Virus record (IMG/VR): IMGVR_UViG_3300032304_001168
Reading direction: 5' to 3' (one strand)
From: a virus
Length of the DNA: 64,000 nucleotides
The position numbers and the translations under genes were made by a program. Below are positions 37,501 to 48,017 of the stretch, piece after piece (positions within the stretch are counted from its first letter, which is position 1; each line of letters opens with the position of its first letter). The notes beneath the pieces were generated by a model. It saw only the letters and a list, made by a program, of their open reading frames with translations. It did not search any database and had not been told where the DNA came from.

Positions 37501-37832
37501 GTTGTAATTGTTGCAGACATTCTTTTAACTAAAGAACCATACAAAACAAAATTACTTATTTGTGATAAATCATAATTAGGGTAGACCTTAAAATTATTTT
37601 CAACTATAGTCTTTGATTGATTAACATTATCTAAACCCAAGGATTCTAAATTTATTGGGTTTGAGAAAGTCCCGGTAATAAATGTTCTATCAACCTTTTC
37701 ACTGGCCGATTGTGTGAATTCAAAATTACCCTGAGTTAACCCCCCACCACCAACAAGTTGTAAACCAACTAAATTGTTAGAAAAACTACCAGCACCTGAT
37801 GCTTGTGGAGGACAAGTAAATTTATTAGCCAT
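34503..37832 (-). CDS. baseplate/tail structural protein
   Basis: LLKNLAQTLGW...LFKSKGTRKSIE resembles the P2 gpI/baseplate wedge motif. Confidence 0.65.
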   Translation of the reverse strand: MANKFTCPPQASGAGSFSNNLVGLQLVGGGGLTQGNFEFTQSASEKVDRTFITGTFSNPINLESLGLDNVNQSKTIVENNFKVYPNYDLSQISNFVLYGSLVKRMSATITTIISYFPAAIESTFLGLNYLTGDTATNISYNPTTDSTTFDLDLAKIRNPFGIDFTVNSTRNLELREIEVSSLRNMTIEYANYSLYVNNDGYKVIGIIPTTSLTVGTLNLTVQGNPFSGESTTISDLIIRPNDTQVNKVFNEDFGEVENFLLNRNVTPIYTSTYQIPREAEDGTFYIEKNQLTWTLYGKWNLDIITASFQNYLVKLNEISELYDELRTNLISRFLTTGALKEFDTDDQKVEKILQIYGRSFDEVNTFITSLSFMTSVNYTIGNDIPSQLLKNLAQTLGWSTNISPITNDQFLSSVFGQNNQQQSNFSGLPNPQTPDELNYQFYRNIILNSAYLFKSKGTRKSIEILLKLIGAPDALVEFNEFIYLADQKINMNKFNTEFGSISGGTYVQQLPVLEPANTFSIFGVEYTGFTTEAIIQDVNTSIDDFPIDSLGFPKAPIDSESYFFQIGSGWFEQTPQHRGPEEVNITLSVFTGNNPNYQTSLLPFSYGQEYLNRFRKFPFMNLGYKLSPSVDNNKSWYDDEINLRLNLDGNINARYFVGDDKLVLNVKNTEIFLNPAQGLAYDVWYLSRELNYPIPNEGMNFGSDDPCDPCPIPRYPYKGGVDWTELNPKPKSKSFFEFAQTFWRNMINVRNRQYSFNGKTGGYPTLESIYWRYLESENVDITNNNFTYQTMIDYVNGLGDYWIRLIEQMVPATTIFNTGIKYENSIFHRQKFVWKRQRGCQIITVEETNPCECIQLTFKLKDPSSPRIFKLTPNGYFNNRQSYTYTDLSSGNVLLIRYNSSLSRWEFFINNIEYGYLDVDSECPISKTWTSEKFLISTEGVDCESTKQRPPLCRPCELNDNLYRLDCPVESVECPIYPWDSNPKVTTFGSVLGNVLNTYLATNGTSVGNCDLNSMTTIWYVDLRVNNTTIVSYPFFNGVGYNIPTFSTPSVSDWDIAIIAALEELKNYGYNYYLTDNDTVVVYSESCSISDSIINFKINVGINFQIYCS

Positions 37833-38740
37833 TATTGAGTTATATTTGTAAAGTTTTTACTGAAATCAATATTATCATTTCTATCTTGTCTAACTTCATA
37901 CAACAATTCATTGAATTGATCTCTAATTTCATATAAATTGTATTGTTTGTAGATGTTATTATCAGAATCGTACAATGTGTAGATACCATCATCAATTGAT
38001 TTCGTTTGATTACCAAACAATGCAATCGCTAATGTTGAGAAGTCGTGTTCAGCTATTTCAACATCCAATGATAATGGATTAAAAAATGTATGACTTATTA
38101 TAACATTCTGATTTGGTTGTCCAATGAATGGTATAGCATTGGGTTTGTTTGTAGGTGCTGATGATGGTGAAAGCGTACAAAATATTAAATTACTACTACT
38201 ATCAGTGTATCTATATCTTATCGCTTTTTGTGATGTATTTGTTAGATTTTGAATAACAGGTTCACAAAAGAATGATGAAGTTATTATTCTAAAGAAATTA
38301 GGTATTTTACTACCATCACTATTTAAATACTCAATTCTAAATCCGACTAAACCTTGATTAACAAATTTATTTCTATACTCTGTTGGTACTGAATTTAAAT
38401 CTATAATGATACCTCTAACATTAGGTAATGCCGATAAAACACCACAATCCAAAAGTGTTGTTCTTATTTGAACTGGTCTAATATATAATGTATATATACC
38501 AATCCTATTGAATTGTTCGGCTGGTAATCTAAGGTTATATAAACCTCCCAAAATCTCAATATTAGCATTCCCACCTGTTTGTGCATTATTAAAATATGGT
38601 CTTAATATTGATTTGGCATCCAATTTAGTTAATACAAAATTATCAGTATCATCCCTTGATGGGGTATAATTTAATATTATTTCCACATCTTCTGGTGAAA
38701 CATCGGCACCTCTAATTGTTCCATAGCTACCTACCGCCAT
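37832..38740 (-). CDS. structural protein (unknown)
   Basis: 302-aa ORF in the baseplate operon with upstream TATTTATA. Confidence 0.6.
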   Translation of the reverse strand: MAVGSYGTIRGADVSPEDVEIILNYTPSRDDTDNFVLTKLDAKSILRPYFNNAQTGGNANIEILGGLYNLRLPAEQFNRIGIYTLYIRPVQIRTTLLDCGVLSALPNVRGIIIDLNSVPTEYRNKFVNQGLVGFRIEYLNSDGSKIPNFFRIITSSFFCEPVIQNLTNTSQKAIRYRYTDSSSNLIFCTLSPSSAPTNKPNAIPFIGQPNQNVIISHTFFNPLSLDVEIAEHDFSTLAIALFGNQTKSIDDGIYTLYDSDNNIYKQYNLYEIRDQFNELLYEVRQDRNDNIDFSKNFTNITQ

Positions 38741-38792
38741 TTATTATAAATTTTAATTCGTTTATCTTTATCACTTCTTATAAATATTGAAG

Positions 38793-39971
38793 TTATGTAT
38801 TTATTATATTGAAAAATCCATATCCATATTTTTCTATATCACCAATATTATCAACTTCCCCTAATCTCATAATTCTTTCCAATCCTGAATTTTTACCTCT
38901 CTCTATGAATACATTTGATTGGATTTCAGGTTCGGAGATAACATTTAATAAAACTTCATTTTTGGTAATTGCTGAACAAACATAATCAACTGAAGATACA
39001 CCACTCACAACAAAAATTGTTAGATTGTCAGGGTAATCAAAATAATCTAAATTATTAATGGTATATGCCGTATAATCAGCGTTTGGCGGAGTTCCATAAA
39101 AAATACCAATAGCCCCACTTGACCCAGTTACCGTTTCATTAGGTTTGTATTTACCCCCAATTAATTGTGTTTTAGGGCCATACACTTGTAAATCACTTAA
39201 ACAAGATTTTGTATATCCACTAATTATCAATGGTTGACCTTGTAAGTAATCATTAAAACCATTTATTGTCGCATCACAAGTGCTATCACCGCTAAAAATA
39301 TAATCATACATAATTGGTGTACCTGACCAACTTCCACCTAATGGTGTAAAATATGCAGTTCCATTAGGATTATTGATTGTTACTCCAGTTATTGGTATAT
39401 TGATTGTTTTTTGTATCAGATTATATCCCCAAGGACTCATACCAGTTATTGATATTGTGTACTCACCATCAGACGAGTACGTATGTGGGATTGGTAATGG
39501 GGTATATGGTGATACTGGTTCAGTTTGACCATCACCCCAAGAAATTTGATAACTAGAAAAACTTAAATATTTTTTAAGTTCATTTTCTGAGGTGTTATAC
39601 AAAATAACCGTATAATATGGGAAAATTGAATCCCCTGTAAAGATGAAATTATTCATTACATCTTGTTGTAAAATCATTCCATCAAAAACAGAATAATACC
39701 CAATATCAGTTGCAGTTTCTGTTAATAAAATTGGAATTGTTATACCCGTTAATAAAGATGTTCCATTAGTACCACCAGATAAAAGTTGTGTCATTGACGA
39801 ATAAACATATGTCAAACCAGTAAAATTACTTGTTGTGGTTGTTGTTGTAATGTCACAACAAGGGTCTGGTTCAACAATATTAGTTGTACCATCAACATTA
39901 TATCTAACCAAGAATAAATCTTTATTTATTACTTCAGGTGAAATTCTAATATGTCTATTTTGTGTTCTCAT
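38793..39971 (-). CDS. structural protein with a PKD-like domain
   Basis: ISWGDG...HTYSSDGEYTISI. Confidence 0.65.
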   Translation of the reverse strand: MRTQNRHIRISPEVINKDLFLVRYNVDGTTNIVEPDPCCDITTTTTTSNFTGLTYVYSSMTQLLSGGTNGTSLLTGITIPILLTETATDIGYYSVFDGMILQQDVMNNFIFTGDSIFPYYTVILYNTSENELKKYLSFSSYQISWGDGQTEPVSPYTPLPIPHTYSSDGEYTISITGMSPWGYNLIQKTINIPITGVTINNPNGTAYFTPLGGSWSGTPIMYDYIFSGDSTCDATINGFNDYLQGQPLIISGYTKSCLSDLQVYGPKTQLIGGKYKPNETVTGSSGAIGIFYGTPPNADYTAYTINNLDYFDYPDNLTIFVVSGVSSVDYVCSAITKNEVLLNVISEPEIQSNVFIERGKNSGLERIMRLGEVDNIGDIEKYGYGFFNIINT

Positions 39972-39972
39972 C

Positions 39973-40794
39973 TTACTGCGGCGGATTTATATATTCATAC
40001 CATTTCATAGGATTAATACTTGTTCCAATTCTTGTATTTGGATTATTCCCATCAAAAATTTGATATGTTTTATTACTATAATCCAAAACAACTTTATTAT
40101 AAAATAACTTATTACCATCAAAAACAAATTTATTAGGTAATATCGCTTGAGGTCTATTCATCATTTTCACAAAAACCCCCAATTTCGCATCAAAGAATTT
40201 TGCTGACATATAAAATGTATCTATCTCCAAATAATTAAAATCATTCAACCAATAAAAAAAGAATCCCTCTTGGTCACCAATAAAATCCAATATAAAATAT
40301 GGCTTTTTTATATTAACATTACTTAATGAACTTGAAGTTGAGGCTGTTTGGGTTAATCCTTGTTGTGTTGGTATTATTACAGTAAAATAGTTAGTATGAC
40401 TTTTAACATTAGTTGTGTCATAAAAATCTAATTTAAAGAAAGAATTCCTAAATGGTCTACTAAAATAGTATACTTCAGTTGAAGTAAATCCTTCTGATAG
40501 ATAACTATTTTTCCAAAGATTAATATCGGTAATAGTTGTTGATGTTACCGTAATTGGCGGTCTTCCATAAAAATTAAATTCATAATTAACTGCAGTTCTA
40601 CTATCATTTGAGGAATATTCACTATGATGAAATCTTGAAACTTCAAAATCTGTCGCAGTTCCAATTATCTCTTCAATAACCGTAGATTCGTATTCTTCAA
40701 TACTATCTTGTTTACCTAAGAAATCCCAATTAATTTCAATTGGTAGTTCAAGTCCTTGATTAGTATCCGAAAGTCTTAAATAATATTTATTCAC
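39973..40794 (-). CDS. structural protein (unknown)
   Basis: 273-aa ORF in the operon. Confidence 0.6.
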   Translation of the reverse strand: MNKYYLRLSDTNQGLELPIEINWDFLGKQDSIEEYESTVIEEIIGTATDFEVSRFHHSEYSSNDSRTAVNYEFNFYGRPPITVTSTTITDINLWKNSYLSEGFTSTEVYYFSRPFRNSFFKLDFYDTTNVKSHTNYFTVIIPTQQGLTQTASTSSSLSNVNIKKPYFILDFIGDQEGFFFYWLNDFNYLEIDTFYMSAKFFDAKLGVFVKMMNRPQAILPNKFVFDGNKLFYNKVVLDYSNKTYQIFDGNNPNTRIGTSINPMKWYEYINPPQ

Positions 40795-42625
40795 AAGGGT
40801 CTATTATTGGTTCTGATGTTATGGTTTGTTCAATATAATTAGTTCCCTCTGGAATTATTCTAAAAATAAAATTATTATAAGGGTAATGAACACCGTTTAA
40901 AAATGGATAATCAACACCTAATCCACTACTATCAACATATCCATAAGGATATAAATCTCGCCAAATAAATTGGTCATTTGTTGTTGTGAAATATGAATAA
41001 TTAGGAATATTTTCAACAATTCTTTTGTCTCCACTTTCAATATAATCCGAAAATACTCTTATTGTCATAGGATGTAATGGATTGTAATAATAACCTCGTT
41101 GATTTGAATTTGTTGTACCCAAAGACTGATTAATATCAAATAAGTTGGGGTTAAATTTTATCTTATGGTAAACACGAGATATGACCCTCTCTTTTTGTTC
41201 AAAATCATTCCATTCACATAAATCACCATCCAATTCATCCCCCTTTTGTAATGTATCTAAATAGGTAAAATTATATTGATTTCCGTTTACTATTCTTTGA
41301 TAATCTGAAAATGAAAATGTTGTATTTGATAATGAAAAATTATTATCCCACCAATTGTTTGGTGTATTATTATTGTTAACTGATGGAATATTAAAATCCC
41401 ATCCTTGTTTCATTGGGTAATAATTATTAGTTTGTGAATCATTGATACCAAATGTCCACCCAAAATATCCTTTCCACATTACAGTGAAAAAAAGTTCAGA
41501 TATTGGTCTTTTTTGATTATCTAATAAATTATTAATATCCAAAATATTGTTTACTGTTACAGAATACGCTTGTGAACCTTCCTTAACCGAGATTCTTGAT
41601 GTTAAATTTGGGGTTAAATTTGCTGGTTCATATTTTTTGACATTTCTAAATGCTGTTTGTTCGAATCCTGTTTTTGTTACAACAATATCATCAATATTTG
41701 TTAATATTTTATTTTTTCTTATATAATATTTTGATATTGTATCAGTAACATTATCTTTAAGTAATAATCTTTTAGCAGTTCCTTGTCCACCATCATTAAA
41801 TGTTGACCCAGTGAATCCAATATTAACAATATTAAACACATATTCATCACTACCAAAAGTATCGTCACCCAAGGAATAAACTTGATGTATATCAATAATA
41901 CTACTACCAGTATATCTAAAATTAGAACTAACTTGAAAAAATTCACCCACGCTTAATCCGTGTTTAATTGGACTTCTAAACTCAATAATATTTCTACCAT
42001 TATAAGTTGAGTTTTTAATCCCAAATGGGATTCCATTACTTACAGTCCAATTTACTGTAGGATAAAGTGGTGTTGGGTCGTTTGGAACTTTAAATGTTGC
42101 TTGTAATTGTTTACTATAGTCATTTTCAAACGCGTAACTTATAAAGAAATTCCAATTATAACTTGATGCACTCTTTGCGACAAAATTAATATGTGGTGGT
42201 GTTGAACCTGATGTTGTTGTATACCCTGATACATTATAATCATTTCTTATAAAATCAAATTCATTATATAATGGAAATCCACCCCAAGGAAAATTTGAAT
42301 TTGGATTACACCTTTGAATTACAGTTTCTTGAGCATTAACATAATATAGATTTTGTTCAAATGGTGGATATGGTGGGTTGCCAATTGTTTGACCACTATA
42401 AGCATTTTTGAATATTATTGAGAATTTACATGTTGGTCTAAATTTATTTGAGGATTGTCTTTCATCTTGAAATACTTGTTCCAAATTTATATTAGAAGTT
42501 CTATCATACTCAACTTGTTGTTTTTGTGTTTCTTCTAACCCAAGTTGAATTGATAAATCTGTATTTGGTGACCCCTTATATCTTAAAGAACCTAAAACTA
42601 TTCTTGTATCATTAATATTCCCCAT
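40787..42625 (-). CDS. structural protein (unknown)
   Basis: 612-aa ORF in the operon. Confidence 0.6.
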   Translation of the reverse strand: MGNINDTRIVLGSLRYKGSPNTDLSIQLGLEETQKQQVEYDRTSNINLEQVFQDERQSSNKFRPTCKFSIIFKNAYSGQTIGNPPYPPFEQNLYYVNAQETVIQRCNPNSNFPWGGFPLYNEFDFIRNDYNVSGYTTTSGSTPPHINFVAKSASSYNWNFFISYAFENDYSKQLQATFKVPNDPTPLYPTVNWTVSNGIPFGIKNSTYNGRNIIEFRSPIKHGLSVGEFFQVSSNFRYTGSSIIDIHQVYSLGDDTFGSDEYVFNIVNIGFTGSTFNDGGQGTAKRLLLKDNVTDTISKYYIRKNKILTNIDDIVVTKTGFEQTAFRNVKKYEPANLTPNLTSRISVKEGSQAYSVTVNNILDINNLLDNQKRPISELFFTVMWKGYFGWTFGINDSQTNNYYPMKQGWDFNIPSVNNNNTPNNWWDNNFSLSNTTFSFSDYQRIVNGNQYNFTYLDTLQKGDELDGDLCEWNDFEQKERVISRVYHKIKFNPNLFDINQSLGTTNSNQRGYYYNPLHPMTIRVFSDYIESGDKRIVENIPNYSYFTTTNDQFIWRDLYPYGYVDSSGLGVDYPFLNGVHYPYNNFIFRIIPEGTNYIEQTITSEPIIDPCE

Positions 42626-45600
42626 CTATTCAGTTATGTTTTCAAAATTTATCCATTTTTTTATAAATCTATCCCAAGCTGTTTTTCCTTTTTTTAATCC
42701 AAAATAAAAATAAAATGGTGAACCTACTGTAATTGTATTATCTGGAGATGAATTACGTTCCCAAGAATTTATATCTGGATTATATTCGTTAGTTGTACTA
42801 TTATAAGAATAGATATAACCTTTATCATCTCTACTATATGTACTAGTATTTCTAAAGTATCTTGAACTAACGTCTAATCTATTCAATGATTGATATTTTT
42901 TATAAAAGAAACTTCCATCATCTATAGTATTCGTGTACCAAGTATTACTTTGATTACCAAAAATATTATCATACTGATTATTATTTTTATTTATTTCCCA
43001 TTGATAGAATGGTACTTCTTGTGAATAAACATAGAAATTGTCAAATGCACAATTATTACTAGGGTCAACCAATTCATTAATAATATTTCGTTTAGGTGAT
43101 ATAAAATCTCTTGTTTGAGAATCTGATGAGAAAAATATACCAAAAATAGCATTATTACTATTAGTGTCATTGAAATAAATAGGGTCTTGTCCACTAGGTA
43201 TTGGTAAATAATTTGATGATTCAAATTCCACAACACCTAATTCTGAACTTATTGATATCATTTGAGCATAATCACCATCAACAAATCCTTTATAATCATC
43301 TCTACTATCAAAATATTTTGTAACATTAGCTCCACCACCACTTATTAACGATTGAATGAAATTAAGATTTACCAATCGACTAATAATTAATAAATTTAGA
43401 ATTTCTGAAACATCTTTATATGTTGTTTCGGATAATCTATCCATAACATATCCATCAAATTCATTTGAGAAAACCAATTCTTGTGTATAATTTGTTTTTG
43501 GCCCTAAATCAATTATTGTTGTTGGAAACTTAAGATTTTTTTTGTTACCTTTATATAATGGATTAAGTGGTGGCGCACCAACAAATCTAGGAGATAAACT
43601 AGTATTACCTAAAAAGTACGGACTACTTCTATAATAAAAATTATTAGTAGGATGTAAAATTATAGTATCTTTACAATAAACACTTATAGGTTCGTTGTTT
43701 ATATTAAATCGTTTATCATTTTTAAATGAAAACGCATACAATGTTCCATTTATCCAATTATTTGTAAACATATGTGACCATACATTTCTACAAGCAGCAA
43801 ATGTTATTTGTAATCTATTAGTCCATTCATTTAATAATTGAAAGTCTTTAACTAGACTCAACACTGGAACTGTTATTAATACATAACAACCATTTTCCAT
43901 AATTGGTGTTTGATTTAAACCATTATCATAACACGCATTTGGTGGGGCTATCACATCAATCTCACTATTATTACTTTCATAACAACCTAAAGGAACTAAT
44001 TTTGAACAAGAAAAAGTACTTAAAATGGATATTCCAGGAGGTTGGTCATCTAAATTCTGTAATTCACTACTAAATGTTGGTGTTCCCAATTCTGTGGTCG
44101 AACTAGTACCAAATACACCAACACCTGAAGTTTCATCATCACTAACAAAATAAACGGTAAACTTTGGATTTGAGAACAATGGAAAAGTGTTTTCCAAATC
44201 TTGTATATAAGATGTAGATGTTGGAAGCCTATCTGACCTCATAACAATCCGTCCTGAACTTACCATTGTATTAGTATAATTATAGTTTGAATTATATAAC
44301 AAATAAGATGGTGCATAATAATATGATACACCTTTAGGTCTGTCATCATTTGGATTAAGATTAGGACCCAAATTACATGGATCAATACCATTTAAACATA
44401 GTATTTGATTCATATAAGAACCACCTTCAACAATTTGGTTAGACCAGTAAGAACGATAAAAAATATTTGGACTTCTATGTTGTATTTTCTCGTCACCATT
44501 TAGTATCGCTCTTTGTCTTGTAAGTAAATCACCTCCATTAATTCTTCTAAATTCAACTTGAAATGCGTTTTGAAGTTCCTCAGTTGAGAAAGGTGGTGTC
44601 ACCCCATTTCCATTTCTAGACCCATAATCTCGATTTAGTTTTAAATAAGGTATTGGGTCTGGAATTGTAGGACTATTATTAGATGTTACATTTAATCCTA
44701 TAGAATTAGTTAAATAATTCCAAGGTGTACTTTTATCTAACAACGAATAATAATTAGGTAATTTAGAATTAAATGGAATAAAACCATTTTGTCCACCTAT
44801 TGTTGGTCGATAGTGATAGGATTGGTAATATAAATATTGATTAGTTGTAGGGTCAAAACCATCAGTATTAGGATTGTGTCTTGTGTTTTGTATACCTCCA
44901 TTAATTGGGATGTTTAGTTTATAATTATCACCTCTAATTATAAATTTACCACCATCATAATCGGGATTTATTCCACCTGGATTATAAAATGGGTATACAA
45001 TATTACCTAAAATTCTATTGTATATTACCGAACCTCCTATAATTCCAGATAAATCATATTCAACTTCACCTCTAGTTGAGTATGGGTCAACACCTCTTAC
45101 TAAAAATACTAACCCTTGTTCTGCAAAATTATTGAATGCCAAAGCTGGGCTAATTCGATAAGTCCCAACATCTCCATCACTAAAATTATTACGAATAAAT
45201 TCATTTTGATTATTCATCGTAACAATATTAATACGCGTAAATAACGCATGTGTTAATGTTCCTGGAAAATTTCCCCAAAATAATCCTGGGGGTGAATTTA
45301 ATGAATCTTGTTGTAAATCAATGTCATCATATCCATATATGTCACCAATTGTCATTGCTGTTATTACTTGGAAATATTCAATATCCATTGGATATTTAGC
45401 ATACTGAGCATCATCAACACCTTGGTCAATTTGATATGTCGTTGTATTGTTACCACTACCATCAAATCTAGCCCAATCAACATTTATTGAATTATTATTT
45501 TGATTTATAGTAATTCCAGTTGTTGCATTATTACCGAATTGATTTGTTGTTGAACCTGTTATATTTGGGTCAGTTGATAGCTCAGAAGACTGAAATGTGA

Positions 45601-47944
45601 CTAATGCCCCTGCGGTAAATTCACTTAATTTTTCAGGTTTTACCATTAAAAGCATCACATTATCAAAATGATAAGGTGTATTAACACCAGTTGTTAACCA
45701 ATCACCTAGTGTTGTACCTGCTGTTCTAGCGTATCCATTTAAAGTTGGTCTAAAAGATACTCTAATTCTATTACCACCACCCCAAGGATTATAAGTATTT
45801 CTTACATCAATATTAGTTTGAGGGTTTAAATAATCCTCCCAAGTGTTAGATAATGTCCAAATTTTTCTTAACCCACCATCATAATATGCAGATTTTAAAT
45901 TAAATAAATTTAATCTTTCAAAGATAGGAATACTTGTTGTAAATATTTTTTTATTATTACCAATATCTTGCATTTGTGGTGCAAACGTACTAGGTGATGG
46001 TAATCCAGGATTATATGGTTGCCCTGTAACCAAAAGTTGTTCTGAAAAGGTTAAATAATTTGCGGGATTTGTATTAGGGTACGTTGACCCCACGTATGAA
46101 CCATCAAGATTTATTGCGTAGTCACCAAATTGACCAAAATTATTACCATCTCCAGCCCATAAACCAGCGGGTCTATTATACTGACTAAACGACCATAATG
46201 GCGTTAAATAACCATCCCTTAATAATTCAGTATCAACTGCCACTTGAAATTCACTTGGAGCAGGTCCTGTCGCTTCACCCCCTTCTTTGCAACTACATAA
46301 ATCACAATCAGGATAAGATAAATTTGGTAATCTTAAATTGGCAATTCTTCTCCAAAATGGAATAAATAGAGCAGCTAAAACACCTGCAAGTAAATGTGAG
46401 ACAATTAACAACAGATATAAAATAGGTCTTGCAATATACAAAAGTATGATGAATAACAAATATACTAAATCAAATCTATATGCGGCATCATTTGTTGGGA
46501 ATTTTACATTATCACTCTCGCATGTTTCATCTAATATATTCTTAATTGAAATAATTCTATTCTGTAGATACCCACTTCTATATTGGTCAATTAATTGTGA
46601 TACACTATAGACTTTATTATAACTCATTAAATAAAAATAATCCTCACAATCAATGGCAACTTGTGGGTCAACATAATCATTCCAATCTAAACTAAAAGCA
46701 TAAGATTTAAAAACGTTTGGGTTTGGATTTGGTACTTGGAGTGGGTCAGAACTCCCTGAAGAATCCCACCCGTATTCTCTAATATTTGGCACTAAAAAAT
46801 ATGCTCTTTTAATTGGTTCTGATAGTTTTGGTGATTGATTCCATTTAATTTTAAATCTATATTTTCCTCTAGTAGGAATACCAATAGTGGAGTCATTAGA
46901 TAATACTCTATTCCCAAATTCATTAGTAAACACATAATCCAAGTTCATAGGAACATCAACAAGCCAAGTTCCATTTTCATCAATAACTTGACCACCAGAT
47001 TCTAAATCAAATTGTTCTAATATTGGTAATCCTTGATTATCCAAAGATATTGTTTGTCTTATTGCCAATATTTCACCAGCACCAGCTACTAAATTACATA
47101 ATTCACCTTGTTTTAGTTTTGATTTACAATTTGATTTTTGAAATTGTTCATCTGATGATGAAAATATTGACCCCATAAAAATTGCTGTTGGTGTAATCTC
47201 AATATTCACTTCCCCACTTACATCAAAGTCAGTTCTTGTTATACCAATACTACAAACTTCAGGTTGTCCCCAAAATGGGTCAACATTTATTGTTCTATTA
47301 AAAGAAACTATTTGGGGTAAAGAATTCAAGTTACTAGATGATTTAAAACTAACTCCAGCGACTTGGGATTCCGTAGCCACACCCATTCTAATCAAATCTT
47401 GTGGTGATAATGAAAATTCACCAATATCTGATAAATCAATGTCAACGTGAATTGTTTGTGATCCTAATGGAATACCAAATAACATATAATCACCACTATC
47501 ATTTGTTTGGGTGGTGAACTTATAATATTTGTCATAAACTTCAATAACGTTATTATCAACTAAAGCATCCTCTCTATCAGGAAAACTACCAGTTGGAACG
47601 TGAGCACTATACGATTTTGTATAAGGTAAAAGATTATACCTATATCCATCTTCATTAACTGATGATAATGATTTATAAGGATATAATGTTGATATTATTG
47701 GATTATTTTCATCTTGTTCTGAGAGCGGAATAAAAATAGATACCTTACAATTTGGTAATCCAAATCCATTGTTTATTGATATTCTACCAACAATAACACC
47801 ATAATCCGAACATTGTCTATTATAGATTTGGTCTGATAAAATCTTAAGAGAAAGTATCTCTAGTTGTTCAAAATCTTGGTCTAATAATATTTTTACGGAT
47901 TTATCAACCCCAAGTTGGGTTCTTATTCTATATGAATTTGACAT
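42626..47944 (-). CDS. very large structural protein with an internal hydrophobic segment
   Basis: 1772 aa; N-terminal Ig/prealbumin-like TTQTNDSGDYMLFGIPLG; TM-like LVYLLFIILLY...LFIPFW. Confidence 0.65.
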   Translation of the reverse strand: MSNSYRIRTQLGVDKSVKILLDQDFEQLEILSLKILSDQIYNRQCSDYGVIVGRISINNGFGLPNCKVSIFIPLSEQDENNPIISTLYPYKSLSSVNEDGYRYNLLPYTKSYSAHVPTGSFPDREDALVDNNVIEVYDKYYKFTTQTNDSGDYMLFGIPLGSQTIHVDIDLSDIGEFSLSPQDLIRMGVATESQVAGVSFKSSSNLNSLPQIVSFNRTINVDPFWGQPEVCSIGITRTDFDVSGEVNIEITPTAIFMGSIFSSSDEQFQKSNCKSKLKQGELCNLVAGAGEILAIRQTISLDNQGLPILEQFDLESGGQVIDENGTWLVDVPMNLDYVFTNEFGNRVLSNDSTIGIPTRGKYRFKIKWNQSPKLSEPIKRAYFLVPNIREYGWDSSGSSDPLQVPNPNPNVFKSYAFSLDWNDYVDPQVAIDCEDYFYLMSYNKVYSVSQLIDQYRSGYLQNRIISIKNILDETCESDNVKFPTNDAAYRFDLVYLLFIILLYIARPILYLLLIVSHLLAGVLAALFIPFWRRIANLRLPNLSYPDCDLCSCKEGGEATGPAPSEFQVAVDTELLRDGYLTPLWSFSQYNRPAGLWAGDGNNFGQFGDYAINLDGSYVGSTYPNTNPANYLTFSEQLLVTGQPYNPGLPSPSTFAPQMQDIGNNKKIFTTSIPIFERLNLFNLKSAYYDGGLRKIWTLSNTWEDYLNPQTNIDVRNTYNPWGGGNRIRVSFRPTLNGYARTAGTTLGDWLTTGVNTPYHFDNVMLLMVKPEKLSEFTAGALVTFQSSELSTDPNITGSTTNQFGNNATTGITINQNNNSINVDWARFDGSGNNTTTYQIDQGVDDAQYAKYPMDIEYFQVITAMTIGDIYGYDDIDLQQDSLNSPPGLFWGNFPGTLTHALFTRINIVTMNNQNEFIRNNFSDGDVGTYRISPALAFNNFAEQGLVFLVRGVDPYSTRGEVEYDLSGIIGGSVIYNRILGNIVYPFYNPGGINPDYDGGKFIIRGDNYKLNIPINGGIQNTRHNPNTDGFDPTTNQYLYYQSYHYRPTIGGQNGFIPFNSKLPNYYSLLDKSTPWNYLTNSIGLNVTSNNSPTIPDPIPYLKLNRDYGSRNGNGVTPPFSTEELQNAFQVEFRRINGGDLLTRQRAILNGDEKIQHRSPNIFYRSYWSNQIVEGGSYMNQILCLNGIDPCNLGPNLNPNDDRPKGVSYYYAPSYLLYNSNYNYTNTMVSSGRIVMRSDRLPTSTSYIQDLENTFPLFSNPKFTVYFVSDDETSGVGVFGTSSTTELGTPTFSSELQNLDDQPPGISILSTFSCSKLVPLGCYESNNSEIDVIAPPNACYDNGLNQTPIMENGCYVLITVPVLSLVKDFQLLNEWTNRLQITFAACRNVWSHMFTNNWINGTLYAFSFKNDKRFNINNEPISVYCKDTIILHPTNNFYYRSSPYFLGNTSLSPRFVGAPPLNPLYKGNKKNLKFPTTIIDLGPKTNYTQELVFSNEFDGYVMDRLSETTYKDVSEILNLLIISRLVNLNFIQSLISGGGANVTKYFDSRDDYKGFVDGDYAQMISISSELGVVEFESSNYLPIPSGQDPIYFNDTNSNNAIFGIFFSSDSQTRDFISPKRNIINELVDPSNNCAFDNFYVYSQEVPFYQWEINKNNNQYDNIFGNQSNTWYTNTIDDGSFFYKKYQSLNRLDVSSRYFRNTSTYSRDDKGYIYSYNSTTNEYNPDINSWERNSSPDNTITVGSPFYFYFGLKKGKTAWDRFIKKWINFENITE

Positions 47945-48017
47945 TAAATTATCTTTTTAAATAAATACTTTATTTGACTTTTTAAAAAGATAAATCAATA
48001 ACTGGGGAAATAAATTA

